Source: Candidatus Caccovivens sp. (GTDB taxonomy: Bacteria; Bacillota; Clostridia; Christensenellales; UBA1242). From it: a DNA stretch of 64,000 nucleotides. Positions 1 to 7,714 of the stretch are shown in pieces. The translations under genes were made by a program, and so were the position numbers. Under the pieces are notes generated by a model. It searched no databases and was not told the DNA's origin. It saw only the letters and a program-made list of their open reading frames with translations. The DNA lies in the NCBI GenBank assembly GCA_045650745.1, contig JAZRRN010000048.1:5896-69895 (forward strand), given 5' to 3'. Numbering within the stretch: position 1 is the stretch's first letter; every line of letters begins with the position of its first letter.

Positions 1-671
1 AAAGTAAATGGTTTTGCTGGAGAATATTCCTTGTCCATTTTTTCAAGCAAAGCATTTTCTGTTTCTTCTTTTACGACGACATTTTGCGAAAATTTGTTTT
101 CTATCTCCAACTCTTCCAACAATGTTATGATTCTGACAAAGGATTCTCCCAATTTGACAGATTCCCCTTCCACATCACCATTTAAGAAATGTCCTCTACT
201 TTTGATAATATTATGCAAAGCAAGGTATAAAAATCTGATATCCTCTGCAGGTTTTTCAAGCAAATCTTTTCTCAAATGGAAAATGGTAGGGTATTTCTTA
301 TAATACTCTTTATCTGTAAATTTTTCGCCATTTACCCCAGTTTGGAACAAACTATCTTTTCCGTTGTTCAAGCAAATGTTTTTGTCTTCCTGATGCAAGG
401 AACTTTCTTTCAATCTTATAAAAAAGTTTTCATCAACTTTTGCAATTTCTTTGGCAAAAATTTCTTGAAGCCATTGGACCATAAGTTTCTTTCTTTGCCA
501 TCTTCTTCTTGCACCTCTCTTAACCCTTCTATCCTGGGCTACGCTTGCTTCGGGAAACAATGAAACTCCCCACAAATCCTGTCCTTTTGCCCTTTGCAAT
601 TCATAACTTTCATTGGTCACCGCCCAACCAACACTAGAAGTTCCAATATCCAATCCTAAAAAATACTTCAT
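1..671 (-). CDS. cas9: Cas9 (type II CRISPR endonuclease), N-terminal 223 codons; the gene continues beyond the left edge of the window
   Basis: Not in the supplied ORF track because there is no stop in the window. The reverse complement of 671..1 is one open frame starting at ATG (669-671): MKYFLGLDIGTSSVGWAVTNESYELQRAKGQDLWGVSLFPEASVAQDRRVKRGARRRWQRKKLMVQWLQEIFAKEIAKVDENFFIRLKES...KKYPTIFHLRKDLLEKPAEDIRFLYLALHNIIKSRGHFLNGDVEG... This contains the RuvC-I motif (DIGTxSVGWA), the Arg-rich bridge helix, and YPTI(F/Y)HLRK / LYLAL..IIK.RGHF motifs colinear with SpCas9-type (II-A-like) proteins. An SD GGAGGA is at 689-684. Confidence 0.9.
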   Translation of the reverse strand, partial: MKYFLGLDIGTSSVGWAVTNESYELQRAKGQDLWGVSLFPEASVAQDRRVKRGARRRWQRKKLMVQWLQEIFAKEIAKVDENFFIRLKESSLHQEDKNICLNNGKDSLFQTGVNGEKFTDKEYYKKYPTIFHLRKDLLEKPAEDIRFLYLALHNIIKSRGHFLNGDVEGESVKLGESFVRIITLLEELEIENKFSQNVVVKEETENALLEKMDKEYSPAKPFT

Positions 672-676
672 TTTAT

Positions 677-705
677 TTGACATCCTCCATTTATTGTGAT
701 ATACT
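677..705 (+). promoter_or_regulatory. Near-consensus sigma-A promoter driving the putative tracrRNA
   Basis: TTGACA (677-682), 17-nt spacer, TATACT (700-705), with TG at 697-698 (extended -10). It overlaps the cas9 SD and 5' UTR on the opposite strand. Predicted TSS is about 712. Confidence 0.55.
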
Positions 706-740
706 TCAAGTAGAATAACATAACGAGTTCAAATAAATTT

Positions 741-769
741 ATTCTAACAATGTCCACATCGTGTGGTAA
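741..769 (-). promoter_or_regulatory. Candidate cas9 promoter A, inside the tracrRNA gene on the antisense strand
   Basis: Minus strand: TTACCA (769-764), 17 nt, TAGAAT (746-741) preceded by TGt (extended -10). The region is AT-rich, so this could be a chance match. Confidence 0.3.
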
Positions 770-772
770 ATG

Positions 773-797
773 ATGAGTCTTCGGACTCATTTTTTTA
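773..797 (+). terminator. Rho-independent terminator (UUCG tetraloop hairpin plus T7)
   Basis: ATGAGTC (773-779), TTCG loop, GACTCAT (784-790), then a T run to 796. On the minus strand no T-run follows the hairpin, so it is unidirectional. Confidence 0.75.
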
Positions 798-838
798 TTT
801 AATACACCCGCAACATTTTTACTACTTCGATCAATTTC

Positions 839-867
839 AGTATAACACATATGATACAAAGTTCCAA
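839..867 (-). promoter_or_regulatory. Candidate cas9 promoter B, distal, giving a leader of about 160 nt antisense to the tracrRNA
   Basis: Minus strand: TTGGAA (867-862), 17 nt, TATACT (844-839) preceded by TGt (extended -10). Confidence 0.4.
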
Positions 868-940
868 AAAATTTACACGATTTTTATCAATTTTACAAAA
901 TGTTACAAAATTATTTTTTGCTGTTTTTATAATTTTTTGT

Positions 941-969
941 TTGCAAATTTTGGCAAAATTTCTTAAAAT
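941..969 (+). promoter_or_regulatory. Candidate fba promoter
   Basis: TTGCAA (941-946), 17 nt, TAAAAT (964-969). It lies about 33 nt upstream of the fba ATG. Confidence 0.45.
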
Positions 970-1001
970 AACAACAGAAAACAAAATATGGTGGTGTAAA
1001 A

Positions 1002-1922
1002 ATGTTGGCAAACACAAAACAAGTTTTTGAAAAAGCAATCAACGGCAGCTATGCTGTTGGAGCGTTCAATTTTGTAAATATGGAAATCTTGCAAGCAATC
1101 TTGGAAGCAGCCCAAGAAGAAAAAAGCCCTGTCATTATCCAATGCAGCACTGGCGCAATCAAGTATGCTGGCGAAGATTATCTCAAAGGCATGGTGCTTT
1201 CTGCAACAAAAAATATTTCCGTGCCTGTCGTTTGGAATTTGGATCACGGAAAAACCTTTGAAGATTGTGCAAAAGCGATTGAATTGGGATTTACAAATGT
1301 TATGATTGATGCATCTTCGCTCCCATACGAAGAAAATGTTGCCCTCACAAAAAAAGTGGTTGATTTTGCTCACAGCAAAGGTGTGACAGTCGAAGCAGAA
1401 CTTGGCGTGCTTGCCGGTGTTGAAGATGATACACACAACGACAGTCAATGTTACACAAATCCAGACCAAGCAATTGATTTTATAAACAAAACAAACTGCG
1501 ACAGTCTTGCAATTGCAATCGGCACAAGCCACGGTTTGCACAAATTTGCTGGCGAAGCAAAACTTAGATTAGACATTTTGCAAGATTTATCAAAAAGATT
1601 GCCAAACTATCCATTTGTGCTTCATGGCGCAAGTTCGATTCCAGAGCAATATGTAACCCTTGCAAACGAAAACGGTGCAGCCATAAAAAATGCAAAAGGT
1701 GTGCCAGAAGAAATGTTGAAAGAGGCCTGCCGCCTCAACATTTGCAAAGTCAATGTCGACAGCGATTTGCGAATTGGTTTTGCTGCCGGCATAAGAGAAT
1801 GCTTAAATCAAAACCCAAGTGATGTTGACATGAGACATTATCTCACCAACGGCAAAAAATATGTCAAACAACTTGTCAAAGCCAAAATGCAATCAGTGTT
1901 TGGCAGCAGCAACAAAGCATAA
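1002..1922 (+). CDS. fba: Class II fructose-1,6-bisphosphate aldolase
   Basis: 306-aa ORF: MLANTKQVFEKAINGSYAVGAFNFVNMEILQAILEAAQEEKSPVIIQCSTG...NLDHGKTFE...AIAIGTSHG..LHGASS. These are the typical FbaA/class II aldolase motifs. A hairpin terminator follows. Confidence 0.95.
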   Translation: MLANTKQVFEKAINGSYAVGAFNFVNMEILQAILEAAQEEKSPVIIQCSTGAIKYAGEDYLKGMVLSATKNISVPVVWNLDHGKTFEDCAKAIELGFTNVMIDASSLPYEENVALTKKVVDFAHSKGVTVEAELGVLAGVEDDTHNDSQCYTNPDQAIDFINKTNCDSLAIAIGTSHGLHKFAGEAKLRLDILQDLSKRLPNYPFVLHGASSIPEQYVTLANENGAAIKNAKGVPEEMLKEACRLNICKVNVDSDLRIGFAAGIRECLNQNPSDVDMRHYLTNGKKYVKQLVKAKMQSVFGSSNKA

Positions 1923-1951
1923 AAAAAGAGTGTTTTTACACTCTTTTTTTT
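1921..1951. terminator. Bidirectional hairpin terminator between convergent fba and the collagen-like gene
   Basis: A7-GAGTG (1928-1932)-TTTTTA-CACTC (1939-1943)-T8. Confidence 0.75.
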
Positions 1952-1964
1952 AATTGTTTTGTTT

Positions 1965-4900
1965 TTAGCCAACAATTGTCAAACATTGTCCAAGCAATGC
2001 CGCTTGCTCTTCAGTGAAATCAGGGTTTCCTGATTGGGTGTTTTTGAAGGCAATCATCACATATCTAGTGTTTGCTTGAAGTGTGTGAGGAGTTGACAAC
2101 CAAGCTCCTGCACATGCCGCCTTTTGTTCTGCTGTCGCAGTCTCTTGTCTAGCATTAGGGAAACTCAAGGTTTGCTTAGACAGCACAGCACTTGAAAATT
2201 CCATCACTGCAAATTCCAAATTTGTAGAACCAAAAACTTCTTCCAAATTTTCAACAAATGCAAGTGTTTCGCCACCATTTACTGCAAGCACAGCAGTGAT
2301 GCAAGTTGCACGACCTGTCACTGTTGCCGCTGCAGGAGTAAATGCTGCACCCGCATAGCCTGGAGGTGCATATTCAGTGTTGAAAGTCATGTCTGAAATG
2401 TTTTCGACAATTTCCAATTCCTCTCCATAATAAGTTGCAACAGTTGGTGCTTCAGGTTCGACTGGCACTTCTGGTTCTTCAGGGATTTCTGGTTCTGCAA
2501 ATGTTACACAACTATTCAACAAAGCCAAATCTTCTGCAGAAAAATTTGCACTGCTGTCTGTTTCGTTTCTAAACAAAATCATAATGTATTGTGTTGCAGA
2601 ATTCAAAACATAATCCCCATCAACCCAACTTCCAGCAGTTGCACTGTTTGTGAAAGTTGAGGAGTCCATAGGAATACCTGCAAATTCATAAATAGTATAT
2701 TTCAATTGCACAGATGTTTTTCCTTGAACAAGTGTCAATTTTCTATTTGTTGCGTCAACCTTCAAAACTTGTGATTGTGAAGCAGCTCTGCCTGCTGTGT
2801 CTGTATAGGTCAACTGATTTCCACCAATTGACTTGCCAGCTGTGTATTCAACTTCTGCAAAATCTTCAACAATTGTCAATGTTTTGCCATTGAATGTTGT
2901 TGTTGGGATTGATGGATCAACTGGTGTTTCACCTTGTTCAGGATCTCCACCCTCACCTGGCTCTTCAGGTGTTGTGGTTGTTTCTGTCAATGCCAAGCAT
3001 TGTGCGAGCACTGCAACTTGATCTTCTGTAAAGTCAACAGAGCTATCACCATTTTTGAATGCAATAATCACATATTTTGTGTTTGCTTGCAATCTGTGTG
3101 CTGTTGTCAACCAAGCCTTGCCAACTGCAGCAGCCGAAACACTCTCTGTTGTGCTCAATGTCGCCATTGAAAGCGGAGCAGCAGAAAATTCGAGCACCGC
3201 AAATGACAAATTGGTTGAGCCAAACACTTCAGCCAAATTGTCAACAAATGCAAGTGTTTCGCCACCATTTACTGCAAGCACTTTTGTCATGCCTACAGCA
3301 CGACCTTTTGTTGCAGGAAAATCGCCACTTGCTGTGCCGGCAACACTATATCCGGCAGTGAAGTCAATGTCAGCAATCTCATCAACAACAGTCATATCTT
3401 TTTCTACTCTGCTAGATTGACCAGTGCCAGGCTCAACCACAAATTTTACTGTTGTTTCATCTTCGCCAGGTGTTGGATCTGTTGGTGTTTCGCCGCCTTC
3501 ACCTGGTTGTTCGCCAGAAGCATCACCAAAGTTTCCAACTTTGTTCCAGTTTCCAGATGTTTTCAAATAAATATCAAAATTTGCTGTGTTGAGATAAAAA
3601 TCTCCATCTTCGCCCAATGTTGACAAAGGTGCCCCTTCGCCAGAATGCCATTCTGCCCCTGAAACTGTTGTTTCTGGATAAATATCACTCTTTGTTGGAG
3701 CAAGTTTTCTGTTTTGAGCAAAGTCAAAATCTATGTCATATTCTGATGCAAATCTGCAAGCATCTTCAAACCAAGTTTTTCCTGCACCGAGTTCCGAACC
3801 TGTATAGAATTGCCATTCGTGTCCAAACAAAATGTAAGAAGAAATCGAATTTGCATAACTTGCACTTGTGTATCTTGCAACAAGTTCGTCATAAACATTG
3901 TCTTCTGTTGGCTTGTTGTATGTGTTTGCTGAAGAAAAATCTGACTTAAACCAATCTGTGCGAAGGTCAGTTGTCAAAAACACTAAGCCATTTTCGTAAT
4001 CAGTCACATGGTCGTTTGAATACATATATTGCATCAATTCTGTGTCAAAATAATATGAAAGTCTGCTGTCGTCTGCTGACAAGAAGCCGAGAGCCCCACA
4101 ATTTGCATCTCTCATACCTCTCAAAGCTTCCAAACTTCCTGCAAATGTGTGAAGTCTTGGGATTCTGTCAATGTTGAGATATGATCCTGTGATTCTTACC
4201 ACATTGTCAACAAAACTGTTCCAAGCATTTTTTCCTTGGTCATATGTAGAACTTCCAAATTGTGCACTGCTGCTTGTCGCATGCAAACCAATCTTAAGCC
4301 AATCTTTTGCGGCAAGAAACTCTGCTGCAAATTTGTTTGATACTCCTGAAATTGCATCGTTGTAAACATACAAACTAAATTTTGCACCATATTGTTCGTT
4401 CAATCCTTTGAGCCAAGCAAAGAATGGTTCGTCATACAAGCTTGTGTATGTTGCGGCTTTGTTTTTCAAGTTTTGAAAACAGTAAGTCACATCATCAAAA
4501 GAAATATGCATAAATTCTGCTTGGCTTGCTATGGGAGAGTCAGTGCCGTCAGCACCATCGTTTCCGTCTTTGCCATCAGCACCTTTGATGTTTCCAATCT
4601 TTGTCCAACTGCCAGATGTCTTTTGATAAATATCATAATTTACGGTGTTGAGATAGAAGTCTCCATCTGCTCCCAAGGTGTCACTTGGCACAACTGCACC
4701 ACTGTGCCATACTGAGCCATCTTTTCCAGCAGGGCCTTCTGGACCTTGTGGACCAGTTTCTCCAGTTTCACCCTTTTCGCCTTCTGGACCTTGTTCACCC
4801 TCTGGGCCTTGTGGACCTTCAGGACCTTGTGGGCCAGTTTCGCCTTCACCATCTTCGCCATGAAGGTTTGAAATCACAGCCCAGCCACTTTCTCCTCTAA

Positions 4901-5162
4901 ACCAAACATTGCCTGTGTCGGTTTCAAAATAATAGTCGCCCAAAACACCAATTGCACTTGTTGGATCAGCCTCTCCATTATACCAAGTTGAACCATTTGT
5001 TCCAGGAGCACCTGGAGCACCAGGATCGCCCTTTTCGCCAGCTCCACAACCTGCGAGCATGCCTACAGAACCTGCAAACATCGCCACACCAAGTGCTGCA
5101 CCGACAAGACCTTTTCTAAACACATTGAAAGGCACTTTCTTTTTGTTTTTGTCTTTTGCCAT
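1965..5162 (-). CDS. Collagen-like repeat surface lipoprotein with a central globular domain of unknown function and three C-terminal repeats of about 130 aa
   Basis: The ORF track starts at 5219, but that ATG lies at or within the predicted TSS region just downstream of the -10 box. The paralog-supported start is ATG 5162 ([18 protein letters not shown]...), preceded by AGGAG. The signal peptide ends in the lipobox LAGC. G-X-Y runs include [16 protein letters not shown] and [48 protein letters not shown]. The module W(Y/H)xG...GD(Y/F)Y(F/L)xT...W occurs three times. The central domain has the motif HISFDDV...LHATSS; it may be deacetylase/glycosidase-like, but this is unverified. The C-terminal repeats (..[12 protein letters not shown](D/E)N..) are separated by Pro/Glu-rich linkers. 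Confidence 0.85.
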   Translation of the reverse strand: MAKDKNKKKVPFNVFRKGLVGAALGVAMFAGSVGMLAGCGAGEKGDPGAPGAPGTNGSTWYNGEADPTSAIGVLGDYYFETDTGNVWFRGESGWAVISNLHGEDGEGETGPQGPEGPQGPEGEQGPEGEKGETGETGPQGPEGPAGKDGSVWHSGAVVPSDTLGADGDFYLNTVNYDIYQKTSGSWTKIGNIKGADGKDGNDGADGTDSPIASQAEFMHISFDDVTYCFQNLKNKAATYTSLYDEPFFAWLKGLNEQYGAKFSLYVYNDAISGVSNKFAAEFLAAKDWLKIGLHATSSSAQFGSSTYDQGKNAWNSFVDNVVRITGSYLNIDRIPRLHTFAGSLEALRGMRDANCGALGFLSADDSRLSYYFDTELMQYMYSNDHVTDYENGLVFLTTDLRTDWFKSDFSSANTYNKPTEDNVYDELVARYTSASYANSISSYILFGHEWQFYTGSELGAGKTWFEDACRFASEYDIDFDFAQNRKLAPTKSDIYPETTVSGAEWHSGEGAPLSTLGEDGDFYLNTANFDIYLKTSGNWNKVGNFGDASGEQPGEGGETPTDPTPGEDETTVKFVVEPGTGQSSRVEKDMTVVDEIADIDFTAGYSVAGTASGDFPATKGRAVGMTKVLAVNGGETLAFVDNLAEVFGSTNLSFAVLEFSAAPLSMATLSTTESVSAAAVGKAWLTTAHRLQANTKYVIIAFKNGDSSVDFTEDQVAVLAQCLALTETTTTPEEPGEGGDPEQGETPVDPSIPTTTFNGKTLTIVEDFAEVEYTAGKSIGGNQLTYTDTAGRAASQSQVLKVDATNRKLTLVQGKTSVQLKYTIYEFAGIPMDSSTFTNSATAGSWVDGDYVLNSATQYIMILFRNETDSSANFSAEDLALLNSCVTFAEPEIPEEPEVPVEPEAPTVATYYGEELEIVENISDMTFNTEYAPPGYAGAAFTPAAATVTGRATCITAVLAVNGGETLAFVENLEEVFGSTNLEFAVMEFSSAVLSKQTLSFPNARQETATAEQKAACAGAWLSTPHTLQANTRYVMIAFKNTQSGNPDFTEEQAALLGQCLTIVG
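4716..4859 (-). repeat. Collagen-like G-X-Y triplet tract, 48 residues, coding
   Basis: In-frame [48 protein letters not shown]. The DNA shows a 9-nt periodic ggaccttgtgg-type repetition. Confidence 0.9.
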
Positions 5163-5223
5163 TTTTGTCTCCTTTTTCCTTCTTGATTTAGTATGCCAAA
5201 CAAAATCAATAATACTCATTTTG

Positions 5224-5253
5224 AGTATACCCCCCCCCGAAGCAAAAAGTCAA
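5224..5253 (-). promoter_or_regulatory. Promoter of the 1965..5162 gene, with a G9 tract in the spacer
   Basis: Minus strand: TTGACT (5253-5248), 18-nt spacer TTTTGCTTC+GGGGGGGGG, TATACT (5229-5224). It is nearly identical to the promoter at 7685-7714. Confidence 0.65.
5230..5238. repeat. Homopolymer C9 (plus strand) = G9 (minus strand) within the -35/-10 spacer
   Basis: Read directly: gagtata-ccccccccc-gaagc. Confidence 0.9.
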
Positions 5254-5256
5254 ACA

Positions 5257-5287
5257 ATTTGCAAACAAAAAAAAGAGTGAAAAGTTC
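5257..5287 (-). terminator. Terminator of the 5312..7621 gene
   Basis: GAGTGAA (5265-5271), 3-nt loop, TTCACTC (5275-5281), flanked by A and T runs. On the minus strand it is followed by T8. Confidence 0.75.
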
Positions 5288-5311
5288 ACTCTTTTTTGTT
5301 TTGATTGATTT

Positions 5312-7621
5312 TTACGCTTTGTAAATTGTCACATAACTTGCCAAATCAGCAGAATCTGTTGACTCAAAATCAAATGCTGCTTCGCTAACCTTTTTAAGTG
5401 CAAAACCATACCAACCAGATTCAGCAATCACAAAAGTTGTTGCATCCCAACCACCAGAAATAGAACTTCCTGTTGTGATTTCTGTTTCGCCAGTTTGTTT
5501 GTAAACAGCATAAGCATAATCAGCATTTGCTTTCACAATTGTTGTGCCTGCAGTCAAATATACATTTTTGACTGTTGAAGCTCTCTTGACATCCTCTTCA
5601 TAACCAGCTCCATATTTAGAGCCAGCTTCAAATGTCACTTCAAAAGTTTGGATTTCATTTACTTCGATAGAAATGTAATCAAGCAAATCATTGCTCATTG
5701 TCGAGAAGTTGAAATTGCTGTCATCTTTTGTAGCCAACACAAAACCATACCAACCTGGTGCTGTGATTAAATATTCCCCTTCATTATAACCACCTGTGAG
5801 GCTTGTAAGACCTTCAGTTACAGTGATTGTTTCTCCTGTTTGTGCATAAACTGCAAATTTAACAGCAGAATTCTTCACTGAAACAGTTGCAATACCATTG
5901 ATATAAATGTTTTTTGTTACAGTTGCTCTTCTTGTGTCTAAAAGCACATTGTCGGTTGTGCCAAATTTATTTCCGGTCACCAAGGCACTTTCTGCGACTT
6001 CGCCATCATCTTCACCTTCACCTGGTGTAGGATCTGTTGGTTCTTCCCCTTCTTCACCTTCGCCACCATCACCTGGTTCTTCTGGTGTTGAAGTTGGTGG
6101 AGTAATTGTCACATAATCATAAAACTCTTTGCTCATTGTCAAGAAGTTGAAATCACTGCCATCGTCCATAGACAACACAAAACCATACCAACCATCTTCT
6201 TGAATTTCAAATGTGTCTACAAAACCACCAGAAATGCTTGAAGATGCAGCAATCGCTTCGCCTGTTTGTGCATAAACTGCCAAGCCGTGCATAGCTGCAT
6301 TTTTTACAGAAACCACATCACCCTTTTTAAGTTGAGTGTTTTTGACTGTCGTTGCTCTTTTAAGGGTTGTCGCTGTCGTAGGGTCTGTTGAAAAAGCATT
6401 TCCTGCTTTGATTTCATATTCATATTGTGGAGCAACAACTTCTTCGTTGCCACTTCTAGCAAACAAATTGAGATGATATTTCATAATGTTTGCCATAAGT
6501 TTGTGTCCTTCTGCATTTGGATGCAAACCATCTGGCATATACATATTTTTGATTGATTCAACAATTGGGTTCAAACCACTGATTGAAAACATATCAATCA
6601 CAGGGATTGAATATCTTTCGCAAACTTCTTTCATTGCATCAACATAATCTTTCAATGTTTTGCCTGTTACTGGGTGTGCTTCATAGTCGTAATTCAAATC
6701 ATTTTTGTTTGTGTCTGCATTATATCTGTGAAGTGGAGTAACCACAACAATTCTGCTTGAAGGATATTTTTGTTGCAATGCTGGCAAAATCACATTCAAA
6801 GCACCATAGAAAGAAACATCTGTTGTGTCATCAATTGATCCAAGTGGAGTGCCATGTCCATAGTCGTTTGTGCCCATAAAAATTTGGATCAAATCTGCTT
6901 CTGGGATTGTTTGATATCTGTTGATAAGAGGACTGTTTCCGGTGCCATAATCACTTTTTACACTCCAGCAAGAGCCACCAACTCCCATGCCAACAACATT
7001 TGCAAAGCCAAGTTCTTCTGCCAAAATTTCCCAGTATTTTTGACCATCACAGCCACTTCCCTTTGTGATGCTGTCACCAACAAACACTGCAGTTTTTCCT
7101 ACCCAAGGGCTTTGATCAACAATTGTTACATCTCTGTCACCAGAAATTTCGCCCATTTTTGTCCAAACGCCATTTGTTTTTGTGTAAACAAAGTTTGTTG
7201 AGATGTCCAAATATGTGTCACCATTTTTTCCAACTGCTGCTGTAGGTTCTGTTGTGCCAGTAAGCCAAGACGCGCCATCTTTGCCATCTTCACCTGGGTC
7301 TCCTTCTGGACCTGTAATATTTGAAATGGCAGTCCAGCCTGATGCAAGTTTTACATAAATGCTTCCATCGTCAGTGTCAAAAAAGAAATCTCCTGCAACA
7401 CCTTGTGCTGGGTCGTATTGAGAGCCAGAATACCAAGTTGAGCCATTTGTTCCTGCTGGTCCTTGTTCTCCTTGTGGACCTTGTTGACCTTGTGGACCTG
7501 CTTGTCCACAACCTGCGAGACCAACGCCACCTGCAAGGATTGTTGCACCAAGCAATGCTCCTACAAAACCTTTCTTAAACACATTGAAAGGCACTTTCTT
7601 TTTGTTTTTGTCTTTTGCCAT
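5312..7621 (-). CDS. Collagen-like repeat surface lipoprotein fused to an SGNH/GDSL hydrolase (esterase) domain, with three C-terminal repeats of about 115 aa
   Basis: [22 protein letters not shown] lipobox. GXY tracts include GPQGQQGPQGEQGPAGTNG and GPEGDPGEDGKDG. SGNH blocks: VFVGDSITKGSG (I), GVGGS (II), FMGTNDYG (III), DGLHPNAEGH (V). Three repeats (..VKN..L..G..V.VKN...AVYAQTGE...GWYGFVL..) are separated by PE/G-rich linkers. Confidence 0.9.
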   Translation of the reverse strand: MAKDKNKKKVPFNVFKKGFVGALLGATILAGGVGLAGCGQAGPQGQQGPQGEQGPAGTNGSTWYSGSQYDPAQGVAGDFFFDTDDGSIYVKLASGWTAISNITGPEGDPGEDGKDGASWLTGTTEPTAAVGKNGDTYLDISTNFVYTKTNGVWTKMGEISGDRDVTIVDQSPWVGKTAVFVGDSITKGSGCDGQKYWEILAEELGFANVVGMGVGGSCWSVKSDYGTGNSPLINRYQTIPEADLIQIFMGTNDYGHGTPLGSIDDTTDVSFYGALNVILPALQQKYPSSRIVVVTPLHRYNADTNKNDLNYDYEAHPVTGKTLKDYVDAMKEVCERYSIPVIDMFSISGLNPIVESIKNMYMPDGLHPNAEGHKLMANIMKYHLNLFARSGNEEVVAPQYEYEIKAGNAFSTDPTTATTLKRATTVKNTQLKKGDVVSVKNAAMHGLAVYAQTGEAIAASSSISGGFVDTFEIQEDGWYGFVLSMDDGSDFNFLTMSKEFYDYVTITPPTSTPEEPGDGGEGEEGEEPTDPTPGEGEDDGEVAESALVTGNKFGTTDNVLLDTRRATVTKNIYINGIATVSVKNSAVKFAVYAQTGETITVTEGLTSLTGGYNEGEYLITAPGWYGFVLATKDDSNFNFSTMSNDLLDYISIEVNEIQTFEVTFEAGSKYGAGYEEDVKRASTVKNVYLTAGTTIVKANADYAYAVYKQTGETEITTGSSISGGWDATTFVIAESGWYGFALKKVSEAAFDFESTDSADLASYVTIYKA
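6467..7096 (-). other. SGNH/GDSL hydrolase domain within 5312..7621
   Basis: Residues about 176-385 carry the four conserved SGNH blocks (GDS-, G, GxND, DxxH). Confidence 0.8.
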
Positions 7622-7684
7622 TTTGTTCTCCTTTTTTTTTGTTTAATCTAGTATAACCTCGAAATTCAATTAATACTCACTTTG

Positions 7685-7714
7685 AGTATACCCCCCCCCG
7701 AAAGAAAAAGTCAA
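7685..7714 (-). promoter_or_regulatory. Promoter of the 5312..7621 gene, with a G9 tract in the spacer
   Basis: Minus strand: TTGACT (7714-7709), 18-nt spacer TTTTCTTTC+GGGGGGGGG, TATACT (7690-7685). Confidence 0.65.
7691..7699. repeat. Homopolymer C9 (plus strand) = G9 (minus strand) within the -35/-10 spacer
   Basis: Read directly: gagtata-ccccccccc-gaaag. Confidence 0.9.

Larger units (their letters stand above)
712..797 (+). ncRNA. tracrRNA: Putative tracrRNA (about 85 nt), transcribed away from the cas9 coding region
   Basis: It starts about 7 nt after the -10 box. The 5' segment AGAATAACATAACGAGTTCAAAUAA resembles the anti-repeat end of streptococcal tracrRNAs (..GCAAGUUAAAAUAAGG / ..GCGAGUUAAAAUAAGG). 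Next comes a weak AU nexus-like stem (AAUA-AAUU-UAUU, about 733-744), then hairpin CCACA-UCG-UGUGG (754-766), then hairpin AUGAGUC-UUCG-GACUCAU (773-790) plus a U-tract (790-796). The position upstream of cas9 on the opposite strand matches the S. pyogenes arrangement. Confidence 0.6.

Noticed and set aside
31-563. Plus-strand ORFs 31..303 and 276..563 from the track
   Set aside because: They are antisense to a clearly recognisable cas9 reading frame, have low-complexity Ser/Phe/Leu-rich translations and lack an SD. They are shadow ORFs.
668-1038. Small ORFs 668..859(-), 763..966(+) and 799..1038(-) in the cas9-fba spacer
   Set aside because: These are AT-rich low-complexity translations with no SD. 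They overlap the predicted tracrRNA, its terminator and promoter elements. The region is better explained as non-coding regulatory or RNA sequence.
963-1541. 192-aa ORF antisense to fba
   Set aside because: It lies entirely within the well-supported fba gene on the opposite strand, and its Cys/Phe-rich translation is typical of antisense frames.
4716-4859. 9-nt periodic DNA repeats, considered as a tandem repeat, VNTR or degenerate CRISPR-like array
   Set aside because: The repeats are in-frame G-X-Y collagen-like coding triplets within a long ORF. There are no spacers or repeat-spacer architecture.
1965-7621. Interpretation of the collagen-like genes as prophage tail fibres
   Set aside because: Both proteins have lipoprotein signal peptides with lipoboxes. 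No capsid, terminase, portal, tail-tape, integrase or lysis genes are nearby. The flanks are fba and rpoC.
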